From the NCBI RefSeq assembly GCF_004010195.1, contig NC_057711.1, positions 78,165,371-78,227,206 on the forward strand: 61,836 nucleotides of DNA, given 5' to 3'. Origin of the DNA: Chiloscyllium plagiosum. Its lineage: Eukaryota. Positions 1 to 13,000 of the stretch are shown piece by piece; position 1 is the first letter of the stretch, and every line of letters begins with the position of its first letter. The position numbers and the translations under genes were made by a program. A model generated the notes under the pieces. That model ran no database searches and was not told the origin of the DNA. It was given only the letters and a program-made list of their open reading frames with translations.

Positions 1-764
1 AGCATTAGCCAGAAAGCAAACATTCAAAATGCATAAACAAAGAATCAAAACACATGACACATCATGTTGTATTTGTCGGTGAGCTGTTGGCAACAGTGGA
101 AAGCCAGAATTTATTTCTCAATGGCCAAACTGACAGACTTATTTTTATTACATTCTTGGAGGCTGTCCCAAGAAAGCTGGTGAACAAAAGGACAACTCTA
201 AATGTCAAGATTATGGCAATCGTAGGTAGAAAAGCTCGATTCATCATTATCTTGTTTAAAAGTTTCTTTATTCAACAGGAGACACAGATTATATCACTTC
301 CTGGTGCACAGAAAAGGATTATGGACATTTAAAAAATTTTACTTACTAAAAATCTGTGTGTGTTTCCAGATAAAACATGGCCAATTTTTTCCTAACTTAC
401 AGTTCTTTATTTTGGAAATATTATTGGTTTATTGCACCAGTATCTTCTACAAAAGAAAAAAAAATCCTCATCTATAAATATCATGTAGTCCAAATAGAAG
501 TAGAATAAACACAAGGTAAAGTTTCCTTAGGCATGGCTTTCTACAAAGAAAGGACCTCTAATCTCAACAGCTCAAGACAAACATGAGATGCCACATAAAG
601 GGTGATAGTGAGAAGTGACTGAGGAGGATTCTGGGAGTAGTTGCAGAAGAACCAGTAACAAAGAATGAAGAAGACCCAAACATTACATTAGTGAAGTGCT
701 TCTCTTTCTCCCTCCTCATGTTGGAAGGGGGTTAATGATGGCGGTGTACCTGCTCAAGAATTTG

Positions 765-1828
765 AGGTAGTTGTTTACATCGGCAAGCTGCTGGGTTATT
801 GTGCAGATATTTTGTTTCCATGGCCAGGTAACATCATCAGTGCAACTTCCATGAAACACTGTTGTTCTGTCCCACTTGTTTTTTGTGTGGTCAGGTCTGA
901 GGCTCTTGGTGTGAGTGTCACTTCAGAGTCTTCTCTGCAGCTGTTTGTACACTGGGTCTTAGTGTTTGTTGATGGCCTGTCTGGTAGAAAACCAGGCTTC
1001 CAAGAATGCTCTTGGTATCTCTGGTTGGCTTGTCCGAGAATTATTACTTTGTCATAGTCGAATTGATGACTCTCTTGATCTGTATACACAGACCGTGTCA
1101 GGACATTGTTGAAAAGAGCCACAACACACTGCAACATACCAGAACTGCACAAGGAAGAGAAAAAGCATTTACACAAAGTCTTTGCCAACAACTGATATCC
1201 CATCAGCTTTGTCCGCTGATGCCTGTCCAACAGATAACACCAAGACCACACTGTACCTACCAACACACCGGCCACCTTACCCTATGTGAAGAACATACCA
1301 GAACTACCTACCAGGCTGTTATGACCACTGGGTATCATGGTAGCACACCAACCAGGACAAAGGACCCCATACCCACATGTAGGACCAATACGGTGTACAA
1401 AACCCCTTGCACCACAAACAGGAAGAAAACCAGCCATCTGAATTCACAAACACCAACTGGCAACTAAAATCCACTATCCCTCATCTCACTATACACCAAC
1501 CAAGGGGACCATCAATTCAATTATGACAAATTAATCATTCCAGGACAAACCAACCAGAGACACCCAACAGAGTTCTTGGAAGCCTGGTTTTCTACCAGGC
1601 AGGCCATCAACAAACATAGAGATAGACCCAGTGTACACACTGCTGCAGAGGTGACCCGGAAGTGATACTCTCCCCTACAGACCTCACCACATAAAAACCA
1701 AGTGCGACAGAACAACAGTGCTTCACAGAAGTCGCGCTGGTAATTAAACATCTGCACAATAAACTATTAGTGCGGTGATCTTACCAACTATCTCATCCAC
1801 AACTCAAGCTACAGATCTTCGCAAAAAT
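765..1828 (+). mobile_element. Degraded Penelope-like retroelement (RT C-terminus, GIY-YIG endonuclease, pLTR) with an inverted 5' arm
   Basis: Plus arm ~1090-1828 gives KRATTHC..LHKVFANN*YP, TLPYVKN, KDPIP..VYKTPC and HQFNYDK..EFLEAWFS..AINKH. Segment ~765-1090 is a reverse-complement copy of the 3' part. Flanked by ctgctcaagaatttg (750-764) and ctgctagagaatttg (1829-1843), a 13/15 match. Confidence 0.85.
803..843 (-). ncRNA. Degenerate minimal hammerhead motif in a Penelope pLTR
   Basis: Minus strand reads gca CTGATGA t gttacc tggccat ggaaac AAAA tatc tgc. The GAAA core is mutated. Confidence 0.5.
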
Positions 1829-2935
1829 CTGCTAGAGAATTTGTTTTTGGCTCAGAAACAATAAAGTCTCAGCTGTGTGCATCTGAGCCAGTAAAGGTAG
1901 AAGGTACTCTGGGAAAACTTGTCATGTGTGTAGCATGTAATATGTGGGAGGTTTCATTTCCACAAGACATACAGAACAGTTACATCTGCAGAGGGTAGCT
2001 ATCCTCAAACAAGTGGCTGACATGGAGCAGTGACTTTTTTCCAGATACACCACATTTAAGGAGAGGGGATTCTGGATCAGTCATACTCCATTTAGAGATC
2101 AGGCAGTTAGCAGGAAAATGGGAGACCATTTGACAAAAAAAAGAGACAGGAGGTCCAAGAAACCCAGGATTCCTTGGAGCTGTCTCGCAGGTACGGAATT
2201 TTGGATGCCTAGTCAGTGAGCAACATGACTGATTTGGGGATGGATGACTAGAGGGGAAAAACCACAGTTTCATGGTGGCTACTCAAGGAAAAGATGATGG
2301 CAGTTAGTGGTAGCAGTGGGTTCAGGGGATTGGCAGTCTAGCTCACAGCCAAGATTGGAGTCTGTTGCCTCCTGGATGCAGGGCTCAGGACATAATGGAA
2401 CAGCTAGGGAAACTTCTGAAGGAGGAGAGCAAACAATCAGTTATTGCAGCTCACGTGAAAACCAACACTGGGAGGCACAGCTTGGAGGTCTTGCAGGATC
2501 ACTTTCAGGAGTAGGGTGAAACACAGGATGTCCAGGGCATTAATCTTGGGAATACTACTGTGTCACAAACTTCCCCATTTAGACAAAGGCATATCAGGGA
2601 GGTAAATGCATATCTTGAGAGATGGTGTAGAAAGGTGGGTTTTAGATTTTGAGGAAAGAGAAAACTGTTAAGATGACATGGGCTTCACCTGAGCAGCAAG
2701 AGAACTAATCGCCTCGCTGAGACAGGAAATAGTACATTGGGGATGGATTTAAACTTGTAAAGACAAGGGAGTAGGCTGTCTAATAGGTTTAGTTTTGGAA
2801 AAGAAAATGGGGAATGAGGCAGACCAAGCGAGGGAAGGCTTGAGTGTGACAGTGAACAAACAAATGACCGCATGCCAATGTGCAAGAAAGAGATAAAAGC
2901 AGGGTTGAAATGTACGTATATAAATGCACAGAGTA

Positions 2936-3535
2936 CAGAGGAACTGCGATTATCCAAATGAGATAGGCAGGCAGTATTTCACTCGGATAATCGATTTGAC
3001 CTTAAACAAGGGAAGCCATACTGATCTAATGCTGTGCTCCACCAGAGTTTGTTTACATCTATAATTTTGATAATTTCAACAAACTAATCTTTGCATTTGA
3101 GAAGGACTAAACCCTTATCATCACATAAATAAATGAAATCCCAGCATTAAACAAGGTCCCGTACAGCTTCTACAATCACAAGATCATTTGCCAGTTTCCG
3201 CTGAACTCAGTGCCGCGATAGAAAGACAGAAGCTCTGCCTCACCCGCGTTTACTTACTCTGCCATTTTTTTCATGAATGGCCTGGTAAAGTGATGGCAAT
3301 AAAGCACTTGCTTTTGCAAAGGGCTGTGTAACCAACCATTTTGTAAAAATACCCAGTCACCGATGCTTGAGGTCCTTTTGTTTCTTTGTTTTTGCCAGCA
3401 TTTTCACATGTTCCTCAGTACAGGTAAATCGAATACACTTACCTCTTTGATGTAACGTTTTTACGGGACCTTGAGATCAAGTTCAGATAATCCGAAATTT
3501 GGATAATCGATATTCAGAAAACAGAGGCTTCTCTG
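2936..3535. mobile_element. Non-autonomous Tc1-mariner/Tigger-like DNA element (MITE)
   Basis: Ends are ta|cagaggaactgcgattatcc and ...cagaggcttctctg|tc, with repeated subterminal gattatcc/ggataatc motifs. It splits the CR1 endonuclease directly after INAQS. Confidence 0.7.
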
Positions 3536-4254
3536 TCGAGGGCACAAAATTGGGGAACTGGAAGCAGAAATTGCTGTAGGGGCAATATGACATAGTAGCA
3601 TTGACAGAAACATGGCTCAACCCAGATCAGGGCTGGATACTTCCCATTCCAGGTTAGAAGATATTTAGTAGAAACAGAGTGGGTAAAAAGGGCACAGATC
3701 TAGCAGTCTTAGTCAAAGACTATATCATTACCCTTGAACACGATGCAGTTTCTGAATTAGAAACGAAATGGTTAGAGGTGAGAAATAGGAAGGCAGCAGT
3801 GACCTTGTTATTTCTTGATTACTGACCTCGAAATAGTGGGATGGCAGTAGAAGAGAACATTTGTAGGCAGAGAATGGAAATCTGCAGGACAAAAAGTTGC
3901 AATAGTTGCCGATTTCCATTACCCAAGAGTAGACTGGAAAAATTAAAATTGTGAGGCAAATAAAATTGTGAGAAATTCCTGCGGTGTGCGCAGGAAAATT
4001 TTCTGGAACGTTACATTTCCAGTCCTAACAGGGAGGAAGCGGTGTTGGATCTGATCCAAGGAAATGAGGTAGGCCAAACGGAGAATGTTAGAGTGGGGGA
4101 GAATTTGGCAATAGCGATCATAATATGATAAAAGTAAGGTTCATGTTAAACTGGAAAAGAATAAAAATCAGTCAAGGATTAAGATCCCAGACTGGGAAGG
4201 GGTAGATCTTAGGAGTTTAAAAGTTGAAATGAAGCTGGTGGATTGGAAACACAT

Positions 4255-4568
4255 TTTAGATTAGATTACTTACAGTACGGAACAGGCCTTTTGGCCCAAA
4301 ACGTCCACACCAACCCTCTGAAGAGTAATCCACCCAGACCCATTCCCCTGGCTAACGCATCTAACACTATGGGCAATTTAGGATGGCCACTTCACCTGAC
4401 CTGCACATCTTTTGATTGTGGGAGGAAACTGGAGCACCCGGAAGAAACCCACACAGACATGGGGAGAATGCACAAACTGTACACAGACAGTCACCCGAGG
4501 TGGGAACTGAACCTGGGTCCCTGGCACTGTGAGGCAGCAGTGCTAACTGCTGAGCCACCATGCCGCCC
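4255..4568 (-). mobile_element. tRNA-derived SINE (HE1/V-SINE type)
   Basis: Minus strand begins gggcggcatggtggctcagc..ttagcactgctgcctcacag..ggttcagttcc (A and B boxes). Has the V-domain tgtctgtgtgggtttc..ctccagtttcctcccaca and a CR1-like tail. Confidence 0.88.
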
Positions 4569-5950
4569 TAATTTTGATGGATTAAAAACTGGCAGATGTT
4601 CAAAACAGTGATGAATTGGGTGCAAGCTAGGTGTGTACCTATGAGAAATGAATATGGGGTATCAAAAGTTGAAGAACCCTGGATGACTGCAGATATTGAT
4701 GAGGAAATAAGGAAGAGAAAGGAGGTAAATAATTCTCACCCAAATAATAGCAGGTAGATATAGACGTGCATCTCAGCCTGGAGAGAAGTTGAAAGTGGTG
4801 TTCGAACCCTTGTTTTTTTTCCTGATTTAAACTATTTGAAGATAGATATTGAGGACATCTGAATTTGCAAATAAGGACATCTTTGAATTTGCAAATGATA
4901 TTGAGCTCAGGTGAATACCGAATTGAGAGGATGATGCTGAGCAACTATGGAGGAAAACTGACAAGTTGGCCAAACAGGCAGACCTTAGCAAATGAATTTC
5001 AATGTGAGGTAAGGCAATTTGGACGAAGAAACATGGAAAAACAATACAGGCTAAATAGTACAAATTTGAAGGTCTTAGAGGAACTAAATGACCTCAGGGT
5101 TCAAGTTCATAATTCTCTGAAGGTGGCCAGGCAAGCTGAAACCATTAAGATGGCTTACAGAATCCTTAGGTTTATAAATGGAGGCATGGAGTATAAAGCA
5201 AGGAAATAATGCTACTCCTCTAAAAGTCATTAGTCTGACCGTATTTGGAGTATTGTATGTTCAATTCTGAACACTTAATTTAAGAAAAGATGTTAAACTC
5301 TAGGGAGAGTGCAAAGAAATAATACCAAGAATGAGGGATTTTAAATTCAAGAATAGAGAAACTAAACTTCTCTGCTTCAAGGAGAATAAGCCTTAAGAAA
5401 TGAAGTGTTCAAAATTATGAACAATTTTGATAGGATAAAGGAGGATATAATGTTTTCAGTAGTTACTATGTTAATAACTAGGGGTGATATCATGATCTTG
5501 ATAACTTCAAGATCGACAGCAGAGCTAGACTAACACAAGGAGTACCTACTACACTCCGAATTTGGAACGTGCTGCTGAGTAAAATGGAGGAGGCAGATTC
5601 CATAGGTGGTTTAATAAGAGAGCTGGATATATATTTGAAAGAGATGAACTTAGAGGGCTATGAGGATAGAGCTGGAGGATGGGATGGGGTTGGGTAGCTC
5701 TTTTGGAAGCCATTGCAGACATGGGTTGAATGGCCTCCCTCTATACTGTAGAATTCTAGGATTGTAAAAATAAGAGAAAAATGGGCATTTTGCCACAAAT
5801 TTTAACAGATTTTGCCTTCAGTTGAATGATTTGTAGGTAAAGTGGTCACTATCTCTGGATTGCAGTTACATAACTCATTTACAAAAAGCAGAGTGTAAAG
5901 GAACCTTGACACAAAGTGAAAGATCTGTATTGTACTTTTTTTTAATATAT

Positions 5951-6297
5951 ATAATCCCTACAGTGTGGAAACAAGCCATTCGGCTCAACAAGTCCACACC
6001 GACCCTCCAAGCGTAACCCACCCAGACCCATACCCCTACCCTATTATCTCACATTTACCCCTGACTAATGTGCCTAAGCTACTCACCCCTGAACACTATG
6101 GGCAATTTAGCAAAGCCAATTCACCTAACCTGCACATATTTGGACTGTGGGAGGAAACTGGAGCACCCAGAGGAAACCCATATAGACACGGGCAGAATGT
6201 GCAAATTCCATACAGACAGTCGCCAGAGGCTGGAATCGAACCCGAGTCCCTGGTGCTGTGAGGCAGTAGTGCTAACATCTGAGCCACTGTGCTTCCC
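5951..6297 (-). mobile_element. tRNA-derived SINE (HE1/V-SINE type)
   Basis: Same head, V-domain and tail as 4255-4568. Confidence 0.88.
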
Positions 6298-6496
6298 ATA
6301 AAAGAATCCTTTACACTCTGGTTTGGAATCATTGGTAAAATATACTCCAACATACTCCAACATGTTAACAGATGGCAATTAGGTGCAGATAGATCGGTAA
6401 CATAATTCAGAAGCTATTACATACTATAGATTAGGATGACCAACATGTACATTCACATTTTTGACTTGCTCTAAATATACTCGAGCATATGCCTTG

Positions 6497-6679
6497 CAGG
6501 GTGTTCTGGTATAATGCAACAGTTCCTATGCTATGGAAAATTGCACTGTAGATTGCTACAGAAAAATTGCTTTACCCATTCAGTAGAAAGTTTGCGTTAT
6601 CCAAACAATGTTCACAATGCGTTAATCGCGTTGTTGCCAATTCACGTTGACAAAACTCACGTTATACCAGAATGACCTA
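6497..6679. mobile_element. Short Tigger-like MITE
   Basis: Terminal inverted repeats cagggtgttctggtataatg and cgttataccagaatgaccta, followed by TA. Confidence 0.65.
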
Positions 6680-6834
6680 TATTGGTGTCACAAAGTATTA
6701 ACAGTTCATTGGAAACCACGGAGACTAGACCAATTAGAATGCTAAAGAGTTTAGAGAGCATACTCAACCACCTACTTCAGCACTTCCCAATTTTCTAATG
6801 TGATGCCATTTTAATGCTTGAAAATTAATGTGAA

Positions 6835-7055
6835 TGTAGTGATTGTTAAAAGTTCAGCCGGGTGAACCTCATAGAAGGAGTTCCCTGATTGGGGCTGTTA
6901 ACCTGATCCAACCAGGGAGTACTGGCTGACCGATAAAAACAGGAGTGTCAAGAGGTACTATTCACTCAGAACTGGCTTTGAGGAAGCCAAACTAGTGTCA
7001 AGTACTATACACATGTAAATAAATAAGAGGCTACCAGCCTCTTGAAATTATTTCA
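6835..7055 (+). repeat. 5' LTR of the Gypsy element
   Basis: TGtagtgattgt...aataaa...ttatttCA; similar to 10366-10549. Confidence 0.85.
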
Positions 7056-10000
7056 GTGGCAACAAGAGTAAAGCACACTTGACGATATTCATTTGCAACC
7101 ATCGTCTTTCAATTGAGGTGAGTATTTCTGGCATCATGCTGCTATTTGGAAGACTTGACTCATTTGATTCGGCAAAAGACTGGGCCAAGTGTACGGAAAG
7201 AATGCGTCAGTTTTTTTTCTAACAAATGACATTGGAGCATACGAAAAACAAGTAATTCTCCTGACATTAGGAGCCTAAATTTCCTCAGACACCAGAAAAC
7301 CATTCAAGAGTTGACAGATTTAGTCAACGAATATTACAAGTCTCCTAAAATTGAGACACTATCTATTCTAGTCAGTGGTTCGAAAACCAGGAGAATCGGT
7401 ATCAGAATTTTTGACTAGGTTAAGCTGACTGGCAGAAACATGTGACTTTGGTTTAACCCTTAATGAGATGCTGAAACACTTTGCATGTGGGATTAATGCT
7501 GAAACCAGGCAAAAGCACCAACTAACTGAAACTCAACTGGACTTCCAACAGGCTTTATCATTGGAAAATGCATGAGTTGCAGAGTATTCCAATAGATTGG
7601 ACACCCTCACCAGGTGACCGAGCTTAGGGAACAATACTTGAGTGAAGGCAATTGCACAGCCTCATTCAGGATATATCCAGGACAGAGGGACCCTCGGTCA
7701 GCCCATAGCAAAACCCTAAAACAAAGCCAAGCCTCGGTCAAATGGTTTTAACATTTTCTCGAGGATCTGGACCACCAAGCTAATGTAGTTGCTGCCGGTA
7801 TGCAGATTCGCAACAGTAAGAGTCCGAATTGACCCAAATTGATTAAGAGAACTTAAAAGGCTGGTATACAGAAGAGTGCGCACCCTGAAAAGTCGACCGA
7901 CATCCGGTTTGGAACAGTCAAATTGCTTTGCAACATCCAAATCAAAACCAATGAAAATAAATGTCTGGTTAAATGGTCACATGTTTCAAAAAGAGGTCGA
8001 CACCAGCAGAGTCATTGCAGTGATCACTGAACCAATCTTTAACAAAATTCACTCTGGCCTTCAACATTCAAGTTCACGTAAGACCTCAGCTAGACTGAAA
8101 ACCTATATCAGGGTGCCCTTTAGAGATTAAGGATCCAACTTCTGTTGTAGTCTCTTATGAAAAGTAGCTGGTTCAGATATTGCAGTAAAAGCATCAGGCC
8201 AAAGGAGTCAAGGCTACCTTCCAAGTCAATGAGGTAGCAATTCCAGTATTCTGCAATGCCATTTGCCTTACAGAGATCGGAAGGCTGAAAGGAGAAGGAA
8301 CCATCAAACCATTCAGTTTGCTGAAAGGGCAGCACCAATTGTACAGACTGTGGAGCCCAACGGTCGGTTCACATTTGTGGAGATGCTACACAGTAAGTGG
8401 CTTCTCGCAATTGGATAAATACCCAATCCCTCATATACAGGATTTATGTTCACAAAACTGGACATGAACCATGCGGACTTGCAATTGGGGTTAGATGAGA
8501 ATTCCCAGAAGAATGCTACAATTAATATCCATAAGCATTTGTTACAATACAAAAGACTGGATTTTGGGGTATCAGCCAGTATAGTTTTTCAGGGGATGTT
8601 TTATAATGTCTGCCCCAGGTCACCGTTTATCTCAATGATCTGGTAATAACAGGGAAGACCAATAAAGATCACTCAGGGAAGTTGGACATAGTTGTTAGAC
8701 GTTTCTGTCAGGTGGGTATACACATTAGAAAGGAAAAAAATGTGATCCAGTCATGGCAAGTGAGCTACTTGAGCTACAGAGTTGACAAGACTGTGTTATA
8801 CCTGTGGAAGATAAAGCGAGGGTGATCAAAAGGTGCCCTAGCTCCCATGCCAGTACTGGAGATTAGGTCTTTCCTTGGGCTGGTATGAACCCTTACGAAA
8901 GTTCATACATAACCACCCTCCATCCTGGCACCTTTGCATCAACTCTTAAAAATGGATTAGCCTTGGAAATAGTTGTTTGGCCAGAGCACAGCTTTCAGGG
9001 AAGTGAAGAAACAGCTACCATCCTTTAAGGTGTTGGCACTAACAAGATCTGGTCTTGACATGCAATGTGCTATCAGGACAGTATTAGCTGATAGGTGGCC
9101 CAATGGAGAGGAACACGCAATAGAATATGCATCCAGGACTTTGGCTGATGCAGAGCCAAAGTCCAGAAAACACGCCCAGAAAGCAAAGGAAGGTTTGGGG
9201 GCCATATCTAGAGTAAGGAAGATCCACTAATACCTTTACAGACGTAATCTGTAATAATTATGGACCACAAATCCATGCTAAGTCCATTTAGAGGACAAAG
9301 CAATGCCACTCATAGTTTCAGGCCAAATTCAGAGGTGGGCTCTAATATGAAGTGCATTTAGTTACAAGTTAGAACATCGTCCGGGAGGCCAAGTAGCAAA
9401 TGCACATGCATGGAGTCTCCTCTTGCTGGCAGATACACCACCAGAAGATGCAGTAATGGTTTTAAATTTTCTCAACACACTCCCAGTCACAGCAGAATGA
9501 TCCAGCTCATTTGTCAGACACAGGATGATGACAGATACACTACGTGCACCTTTTGCAATACACAGACGCCCAGAAATGTCACAGATAACAGGCCATTGTA
9601 TACCAGCAGGAAATGAGTATTGCCTAAAATCAAATTGTATTCAACATATAAGGATAGCTCCATGCCATTCATCATCCAATAGTCTGGCAGAACGAGCAGT
9701 CAAAACTTTGAAGGCAGGCTTAAAAAAGCCTACAGTTTTACTTGATACCAAACTATCCCAGTTCTTATTTGATTATAGGACCATCCTTCATGCAACTACA
9801 AGGATAGCTCTAACAGAGTTGTTAATGGGTAGAAGACTTCACATCTTGTTAAATCTCAGACCAGGGGACTAGACTTAAGACTCCACTATGCGAGAGACTT
9901 TGTCTACTTCAGACAAAAAGCTTTGGTGTAGAAAACATAGGAACGGCCTAGCGTGGGTAAGAGGCACGATCACGTGAGGTCAGGTGTAGTGATGTATAAA

Positions 10001-10365
10001 GCTCGAGTTGTGACAGTCATGGACAAGTGCATGGACCATGTGAAACTCGCTAACTGTGCAGGAGCAAAACATACCCTGCTCCTTAATGGCCTGACTGTTC
10101 CAGAACCCATGGATTCTCCGACTCCATCAAGCGCTGAAAATACCTCAGATCAGAGATGGACATGGCAGATGTTGGTACCTTGATGCCTTTGCAGCCTGAA
10201 GAGGATAATTAATTTTTTCCAAGACACTCCAGGCACAAGAGGCAACCAACTACACACCATCCGTGTCAGACAGAGCTCAAGGAACCTGGCCTGATGCTAA
10301 CATGCCCCAGGAGGAGCTTCAAAAATAAGATCTGACCTATGTCCTCAGACTCAGAGGGGGAGGGA

Positions 10366-10549
10366 CGTAGTGATTGTAATGAGATCAGCCTGGTGGACTT
10401 ACTAGATTAACAGCCCCTATCAGGGCTGACAGATAATAACAGGAGTGTTGGACATCCTGCTCACTTAGAGCTGGAGGGTCAAGGACTCTAGATGTGCAAA
10501 TAAAAGGGTGACTTGTTGATTGGATACCGGCCTCTGTGGAGTTATTTCA
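10366..10549 (+). repeat. 3' LTR of the Gypsy element
   Basis: cgtagtgattgt...aataaaa...ttatttCA directly after the polypurine tract. Confidence 0.85.
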
Positions 10550-12409
10550 GTAACCACTCTGACACCAAAAAATCCTAAACAATAAACAAGGCATAGCTGC
10601 ATTCAGTACGTAATTAATGACTCTAGTTAATTTTGTTTAAAATCAGTTACTTATGTTTAAGTCAAGCTCTCCATATTCCTCAATGAGAGTAGACCCAACA
10701 AAGCTTTTCTTACTTCTTGGCTGAAACAAATCTGTGCATCTGCCCTGGTATGCTTTGCCCCCATAAGAATCGTGCACACACAAATGCTCTGTAGCACATC
10801 ACCCCCTATAAAGTTGTGCAATACCTTAGAAAGAGAGCAAGAGACAAGCAGCATAAGTGCAGGGCTGAATACTGTTTGTGCCTTAGTGCTGATATGGCGA
10901 GTCAAGGGAGTTGATACACATGATCGTCATCTTTTTTGACTCACTTGGAGAACTGAGAAAGTGTAAAAGTTATGAGCAGGTAGGGAAAGAGTTAAGTTTA
11001 GGGTTGCTTGACAAAGGCTTAGCTAGCATGACTTTGACCAGACAAGAACTTGTATTAAAGAATGAGGTGCTGGAAGTGAGGGTAGTGGTTTAACAAGGTG
11101 AAGAATGTCTATTGTGTAATGCCAGATGGCTTAATCTTTACTGTTGATGCTTGCTAATTGGAATGGTCACCCAATCAATACAGACGTTTCCTTATTTGGA
11201 TACTGCTTCCTGTAAGGGATGGTATAATTCGTCAAGAATCTGCTGTTCGATGCATGACTGAGAACTCATGTCTTTGTGCACATGGGCAATCGCGCTCTCT
11301 CCAGGGCTCGGAATAAAGATGAAGGTAGAGCCATACTGTGTCTGAGTGTCTGCTTCAACTGATATGGAAGCGAGATAACAACACACTTTTAAAGACATTC
11401 CATACAAACCAGTACAATGTGATGACTTTGCTGATTTTCTGTTGATTTAACAGACGACACTAGTCATGTTTCCTCAAGCCTGAAAACAATTAAAATTACT
11501 GATTATAACAATGAACTCAATCAGTTGACATTGAAGTGGTTCCAAATGCATGTTTGAAATAGGAGGACATAGGTGCCTGAGAGTTATACCGTTTTTAGTG
11601 CATCCCTGGCTGTGTGTTTGGCCCGGCTTGTAAAACCCAAAACAAAACTTAGCCTGTTTGATGTCATTCCATAACTGAGCAGCACATCCTAAACAGTAGT
11701 GTGCTAACAGCTAAACAAATTACCAACTTAAGATCACAAGTTGACCTTGTATTGTTGTTTGCTTACTCTTGCTAGAAATGACATACATCCAGAAGCAGAA
11801 TCCCATTCTCTGAAAACAGTAATACATTCAAACCTTGCTCTTTTTGTTTTAATTACCTGGCAGTATGAGGAACCTGTAGTTCCTGTTGCTTTGCCCATGG
11901 CAATGCCTCAGCCAGAATCAACTAGCCAACCAGTCAATATCCTTTCCGCTGTGATCATTTCAAAGTTGCCATTTTGCATTTGTCCAGATAAGTGCAAGCT
12001 GAAAAGTTCAGTAATACTTCTATTTTCAGTAATATTTATGACATTTCGGTTACTACATTAATCCTATTATGTATCACTCACTGAATTAATGCACGCTGTA
12101 ACATGTTCAATTAAGTGTAAAACTCAGTGCATTGACTGGCTAGCTTGCGGGCGACAAGAATTCTTCAAAGTAGTTGGCTGCTGATTATGATCGATGACAA
12201 TATTGCTGCAGGCCTCGAGATTTCCTTGATCCAGCACCAAGTTCAGTGTTGGGAAAGTAGAAATCCATGTCAGAGATCATTATAACTTAAACATCTAGCT
12301 TTGAGGTCAGTGGAGAGTGCCATTGTTTTGCTGCTGACAGAAAAATCAAAGCCAAAAAGACATGCCTAATCTACAGATGCTGTTCTCAAACTTTATATCA
12401 TCTTAGCGC

Positions 12410-13000
12410 AGGTATCACTGAAGAAACTCTGAATAGCCTCCAGAGCCACCATATCCTGCATTGCCCACATCCAACAGTACTCTAAATGGGATCTAAACAG
12501 ATATTTCTATAACCAATTAGTTTTCTCTCCCTCAAGTTAAATGTCAGCATTGTTAGTCTTTTAAAATGATTTTTGTATCTGCATATAAGTATTTGATGAT
12601 TTTTGTATTTGAAGTTGTAAATTTCTCTGATGTGTAGTCTCTAGCTGCTCACCCATTTGAAAAATATAATGACTTATCTCTCTGAAAAAAGTGACCTCAT
12701 TTCTCCATACACAACACCATCAGCCACTCATTTGATAGGTCAAAGTCCTTTGCAACTTCTGTTCACATCTGCAAACTTCTAGATAAGTAACTTCACTGAT
12801 ATCAACAATCACGGGGTTCTCTAATCCTTCAGTTATGTCATGTGTAAAGAGTGAAAAGCTGAAGGCCTGGATAGAACCTAAAGGGATAACACCAATAACA
12901 TGCTACCAATTTGAGTGCACATCTATGACCACTCTTAACGTCTCCACAAGAACAGAATCTTAATCAAGTGAAATTGCATCCTTCCATGTATACCAGCACT
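12410..13000 (-). mobile_element. Very old CR1-like RT fragment
   Basis: Degraded motifs such as acagtactctaaatggg (PHLEYC-like on the minus strand), resembling other CR1 copies here. Confidence 0.5.

Larger units (their letters stand above)
1880..5765 (+). mobile_element. Old CR1 LINE (ORF1, APE endonuclease, RT C-terminus, 3' UTR) interrupted by a MITE and a SINE
   Basis: ORF1 CxxC-MWE motif at ~1925, LKCTYINAQS at ~2905, ETWL at ~3607, DFHYP at ~3911, LRVQVHNSLKVARQ..AYRILRFINGGMEYK (ORF 4865-5209), and a CR1 3' end gggttgaatggcctcc..gattgt. May begin near 600. Confidence 0.8.
6835..10549 (+). mobile_element. Degenerate, internally deleted Ty3/Gypsy LTR retrotransposon (Mag-like)
   Basis: 5' LTR 6835-7055, PBS tggcaacaag at 7057, and Gag start MLLFGRLDSFD..DW..ERMRQFF. 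Pol motifs in Gypsy order: protease EVDTS, RT FTKLDMNHA..TINIHKHLLQYKRLDFGVS, RNase H AIEYASRTLADAE, integrase APCHSSSNSLAERAVKTLK..FLFDYRT..ELLMGRRL. PPT agagggggaggga precedes the 3' LTR (10366-10549). Many stops and frameshifts. Confidence 0.92.

Noticed and set aside
4490..4568. tRNA genes at SINE heads (also ~6220-6297 and 50081-50150)
   Set aside because: Each continues into a SINE body and tail and has no complete cloverleaf.
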